Positions 59,713 to 64,000 of a DNA stretch of 64,000 nucleotides are shown in pieces; the stretch's first letter is position 1, and every line of letters begins with the position of its first letter. The position numbers were made by a program, and so were the translations under genes. Location of the stretch: positions 2,792,001 to 2,856,000 of the forward strand of contig CM075990.1 of NCBI GenBank assembly GCA_038087875.1, given 5' to 3'. This stretch comes from Malacoraja senta (taxonomy: Eukaryota). The notes under the pieces are model-generated. The model saw only the letters and a list, made by a program, of their open reading frames with translations, was not told the origin of the DNA and made no database searches.

Positions 59713-61226
59713 ACAAGCTCTTTGTTTCTCCAGAAAGGGGAATCGGTGATGTTTCGGGTTGAGACCCTTCTTCAGACTCATTGAGCAGTACTGGTCGGTC
59801 TGCTAATCCGGGAAAATTAAATTTAAAAAAAAACCAATCTGCTGGAGTTCTCTGATCATTAGGGCGAGTTTGGACAGTGGACGGAGAGGGCACAGCTGTG
59901 ACAATCCATGCGTGACAATGGCCCGTAGTATTCCTTGCCAAGATTTCCTGGTGACTAATTGGCAGAGGGACAGAAGTGTCCAATGTTTGGGGCACAGCAA
60001 GGAGTCAATTCCTTCAAGAGAAAGGGAAGAAAAGGTAAAAGGAAAAAAAATAAAATAAAGGACTTTATCCATTCTGTGGCAGAAAGATTTGAATAGGCTG
60101 TGCCCAGTGGGTCTGTGAGGATTGTGTTTAATTACAGCAGCTTTTCCAGCTATTGTGGATGGGAAACGTTTGTTTTCATTTAAGAAAAAAAAGTGCTGAT
60201 ATCCCAATAAAGAGGAGGAAGTGATTGGGGTGACTGGGAATGACTCCTGCAGTTTTAATGGAGCGACAAGCATTCCTCACAACATGGTCCCTTGCAGCGG
60301 CACAAAAACATGCTTTAATGAGTGGCGACTTGCAAGACAGCGTGATTCGAACAGTTTCTATAGTAACCTTTCTAAGGTTCTGCCAGTGAGTTGGACCTCG
60401 CTAACTTCGGAGCCATCACGAGGTGTTTACATTTTTCAAGTTGTGAAATAAGCAATGAACCAACAATCGGGGGGGGGGGGGGGTGGAAACATAAAAAAAA
60501 GCCCGAAGGAACAGGTGGACAGAAGTGGGAGTCGATGAAGGAAATGATTAAACTGATTCTGTGAACCGCATTCGCCTCAGTTACCACACAGTTTGCGTCT
60601 GGCCACAAAGACTCGTTGGCTTCAGGTTAACGCTGGCTGCCTTATCAGGAGACTTTTTAAGAGTTAAGTTGGCAGTCACTTGCACAATCCCCCTGCAGTC
60701 CTGGAGTCTCGCAAGAAATGAAGACTAATTTCCTGGAAAAATACGCAGGCAATCACCAGGGGGAAAATCACGAGCGCACAACCAAAGAAGTGCTCGCTTT
60801 CATCATGTTCCTTGAAACACTTGCCTCTTGTTAATGAAAAATATCGGCAGACGGAGAAGGGGAAACTGCTGATTAGAAGAGATAGTTGGAAGTAAACAGA
60901 GAAAAATAGAAAATAGGTGCAGGAGTGGGCCATTCGGCCCTTCGAGCCAGGACCATCATTCAATGTGATCATGGCTGATCATCCAGAATCAGTATCCCGT
61001 TCCTGCCCTCTCCCCATATCCTTTGATTCCGAAGTAGGACACCATCTTTTAGTTTGTTTCAGAGATACAGCGTGGAAACAGCCCCCTCGGCCCACGAGTC
61101 CGCGCCAACCAGCTATCGTCACGTACACTAGTTCTATCCCGCACACTTGGGACAATTTATAGATGTCAATTAACCTACAAACCAGCACATCTGTGGCGCC
61201 CATCTTCTGGGGAAATGTCTTTGAGT

Positions 61227-61512
61227 TTTAGTTTAGAGATACAGCGCGGAAACAGGCCCTTCGGCCCATCGTGTCCACGCCGACCAGCGATCACCCAGAA
61301 CTCAAATTCTATCTACACACTGGGGACAATTTACCGAAGCCAATAATCTACAAACCCGCACGTCTTTGGAGTGTGGGAGGAAACCGGAGCACCCGGAGAA
61401 AACCCACATGGTCAGAAGGAGAACAGACAAACTCTGCACAGACAGCACCTGCAGACAGGATTGAGCCTGGGTCTCTGGCATTGTGAGGCAGCAACTCTAC
61501 CGCTGCACCACC
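61227..61512 (-). mobile_element. V-SINE with TSD
   Basis: CTTCTGGGGAAATGT at ~61204-61218 and ~61515-61529. Confidence 0.85.
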
Positions 61513-61534
61513 AGCTTCTGGGGAAATGTTTTGT

Positions 61535-61915
61535 CTTATTTTTTTTAACAAAATTACATTTATTCAGCTATTTAAAAAAATATTTACACATTGAACGATG
61601 ACAAAACACTCACCACCATACGACCAGACTGTCAAATGTGGAACTAAATATCAAATGGCATTATCACAACCCTGATGTGGGATATAGTCAACTCCCAGCA
61701 ATGCCCGGCGGTCCTGGGACTCGCCCACAGGGCCAGTGGACATCCCACGTTCTCTTTCAAGGCACACACAGGCACGGATGTAACCTTGGAAAAGAGGCAG
61801 GCAGTCGCCTTGGGCAGAGCCCTGGTCTACCTGGCACCGACCCTGACCCACGCATGGCCATCTTGGCCAGGCCCAGGAGCAAGCGTACCAGGACATCTTC
61901 TGATCTGCCTGCCGT
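61535..61915 (-). mobile_element. Tx1-like LINE 3' fragment
   Basis: Minus ORF DCLPLFQGYIRACVCLERERGMSTG, homologous to 41695-41970. Confidence 0.68.
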
Positions 61916-62119
61916 TGGTATCATTCAGCGGGTGAGAAAAAATATCCAAGGCTTTGAGTTTTTGCTCTTTTAAGGTTTGATGAGCCAAAGCTCCTTTCAA
62001 TTCTGTACAATTGAATTTGAATTTAACGAATTGGTGTACATCTGTTGGTTGAGTTCCATGGGGGGGGTGTAAGTGGAGATCAGGCCATGATAAACATGTA
62101 ACATGAGATGATATTACCA

Positions 62120-62420
62120 GGGCAGCATGGTGGCACAACTGTAGAGTTGCTGTTTTATAGACTTGTGTTCAATGCTGACTACAGGAGCAGTCTGTGCGGA
62201 GTTTGCACGTTCACTCTGTGACCTTGTGGGTTTTCTCCGGGTGCATCGGTTTCCTCCCACATTCCAAAGATGTGTGGGTTTGTAGGTTATTTGGCTTTGA
62301 CGAAAATTGTCCCTGGTGTGTAGGGTAGCGTTAGTGCACAGGGTAATCGCTGGTCGGTGCAGACTCGGTGGGGGGAAGGGCCTTCTCCACTGTATCTCAA
62401 AACTAAACTAAACTAAACTA
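62120..62420 (+). mobile_element. V-SINE (HE1-like)
   Basis: Near full-length, (CTAAA)n tail. Confidence 0.82.
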
Positions 62421-62432
62421 TTATTATCTAGT

Positions 62433-62620
62433 GTTAAAGAAGGAACTGCAGATGCTGGAAAATCGAAGGTACACAAAAATGCTAGAGAAACTCAGCGGGT
62501 GCAGCAGCATCTATGGAGCGAAGGAAATAGGCAACGTTTCGGGCTGAAACGTTGCCTATTTCCTTCGCTCCATAGATGCTGCTGCACCCGCTGAGTTTCT
62601 CCAGCATTTTTATGTACCTC
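62433..62620. mobile_element. Near-perfect fold-back PLE-end unit with 15-bp TSD
   Basis: CTATTATTATCTAGT at 62418-62432 and 62621-62635; ~73-bp arms centred on GTTTC-GGGCT-GAAAC. Confidence 0.82.
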
Positions 62621-62845
62621 CTATTATTATCTAGTTATAGACTACATTTTTATATATATACTCAACTTTTCTTTGTTGTTCATTATGTTTTACAGGGTAC
62701 AGTGTTTACATATCTGTGTGCTGCTGTGAAATGTTTCAAGTGTATGGAATAGAACTATGGTTGACCGATAGTCGGTGTGGACTCGGTGGGCCGAAGGGCT
62801 TGTTTCCACGCTGTATAGATACCATCACCACCTCATACAAACTAA

Positions 62846-63039
62846 AGGGCCTGTCCCACTTGGGCGTAAGTTACGCGTCATTTACACGTCACCATTTACG
62901 CGTCACAATGCGCGCACGGTGCGTGGTGGCGTAGGCAGTGACGCGCGGTCGCGCGCGGCGCCCCAGGATTTGGGGATTCACGAAATCTTCGCGCGCCACC
63001 TGCGTGACGCGCAAATGACTCCCAAGTGGGACGGGCCCT
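62846..63039. mobile_element. PIF/Harbinger-like MITE, interior type 5
   Basis: TIRs AGGGCCTGTCCCACTTGGG / CCCAAGTGGGACGGGCCCT; exact TAA TSD (62843-62845, 63040-63042); CpG-rich. Confidence 0.88.
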
Positions 63040-64000
63040 TAAGAATCCTACCTTCGTTTCCAAGTCATTCCCAGCCTCTAACCACTTCACCCAGTCAAAC
63101 AAACGTTACCGCCCAATTACACATTTGTCATAATCAAAAAGTGGAGACAGGAGGAAAACACACAAGGTTCCGTTTGATATTTTCCCACTCGTTTTCAATG
63201 GCCATGTGATACATCCCAAATATCTTGAGACTGAATAACCTTGGAGCAACGAGGCTTACCTCGCAGAGAAATCAGCTTCCTAATAAATCTTATCAAACGG
63301 TATTCACTTTCATATAAAGATGCAAAGGGGATTCAAAGAACAGGTCTATTCAAATGTTCATGCTGTTAACTAAATAAGAACTCAATATCATAACATTCAT
63401 TCTTTAGTTTATTTCAGGGATACAGCACGGAAACAGGCCCTTCGGCCCACCGACCAGCGATCCCCGCACACTAACACTACCATACACACTCACGAGGGAC
63501 AATTTTACATTTACACCAAGCCAATTAACCTGCAGACCTGCACATCTTTGGACTGATAATTAAACAGAAATTCTGCACAATATCTCACTTAATAAACAAG
63601 GGGCCTTTGTTTAAAGATATCACCTTACTAATAAACCACAGAAGATGAAGAATCTTCTTACTATCTATAACCACTAATGAAATAAATGTAAGCCGTGTGC
63701 GGCCGCTGTGAATTGTTCTTGGTAATGCCAAAAGGAAGAATCGCATCAATGCCGTGTCAGAGAGAGAAACACTGGCTTCAAAGGGTTGCTTCAAGAAAAC
63801 AAAACCTGCCAAAAGCTCCTTGTTCAGCTGCCACCTTTACACAGAGTCTTCACAACAGTGGATTTATGTTTATTTATGAACTGAAGGTGTAATTTATGTG
63901 TGTGAGAGTGAAGATCTGAGAGTGCAGAAAGGGAGTGTTTAGTTTAATTTAGAGGTACAGTGCGGAAACAGGCCTTTCAGCCCTCCGAGTCCGTGCCGAC

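Overview
Eukaryotic, repeat-dense, apparently non-coding DNA (intronic or intergenic); I found no host exon I can support. The repeat content points to a cartilaginous fish, probably a skate or ray (inference from recalled repeat families, no database search): a tRNA-headed V-SINE of the HE1 type, 3' fragments of CR1 (HER1-like) LINEs, several Rex1/Babar families, Tx1-like LINE ends, Penelope-like elements (PLEs) with GIY-YIG remnants, Ingi/Vingi-like LINE ends, six PIF/Harbinger-like MITEs and large (GA)n/(CA)n tracts. A 200-N gap (19938-20137) is flanked by a ~3.5 kb near-identical duplication that is probably an assembly overlap. Main observations: (1) a 141-nt TSD-flanked mini-retroelement at 1380-1520 whose first 54 nt fold into a complete minimal HDV-like ribozyme with the predicted cleavage site at the element boundary, and whose 3' end matches an Ingi/Vingi-like LINE in the same window; (2) about 20 copies of a minimal hammerhead-like motif in PLE terminal repeats, several in short, TSD-flanked, often fold-back units; (3) five different MITE interiors sharing one CTGTCCCAC terminal core. 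Boundaries of decayed repeats are approximate, and only representative SINE/CR1 copies are listed.
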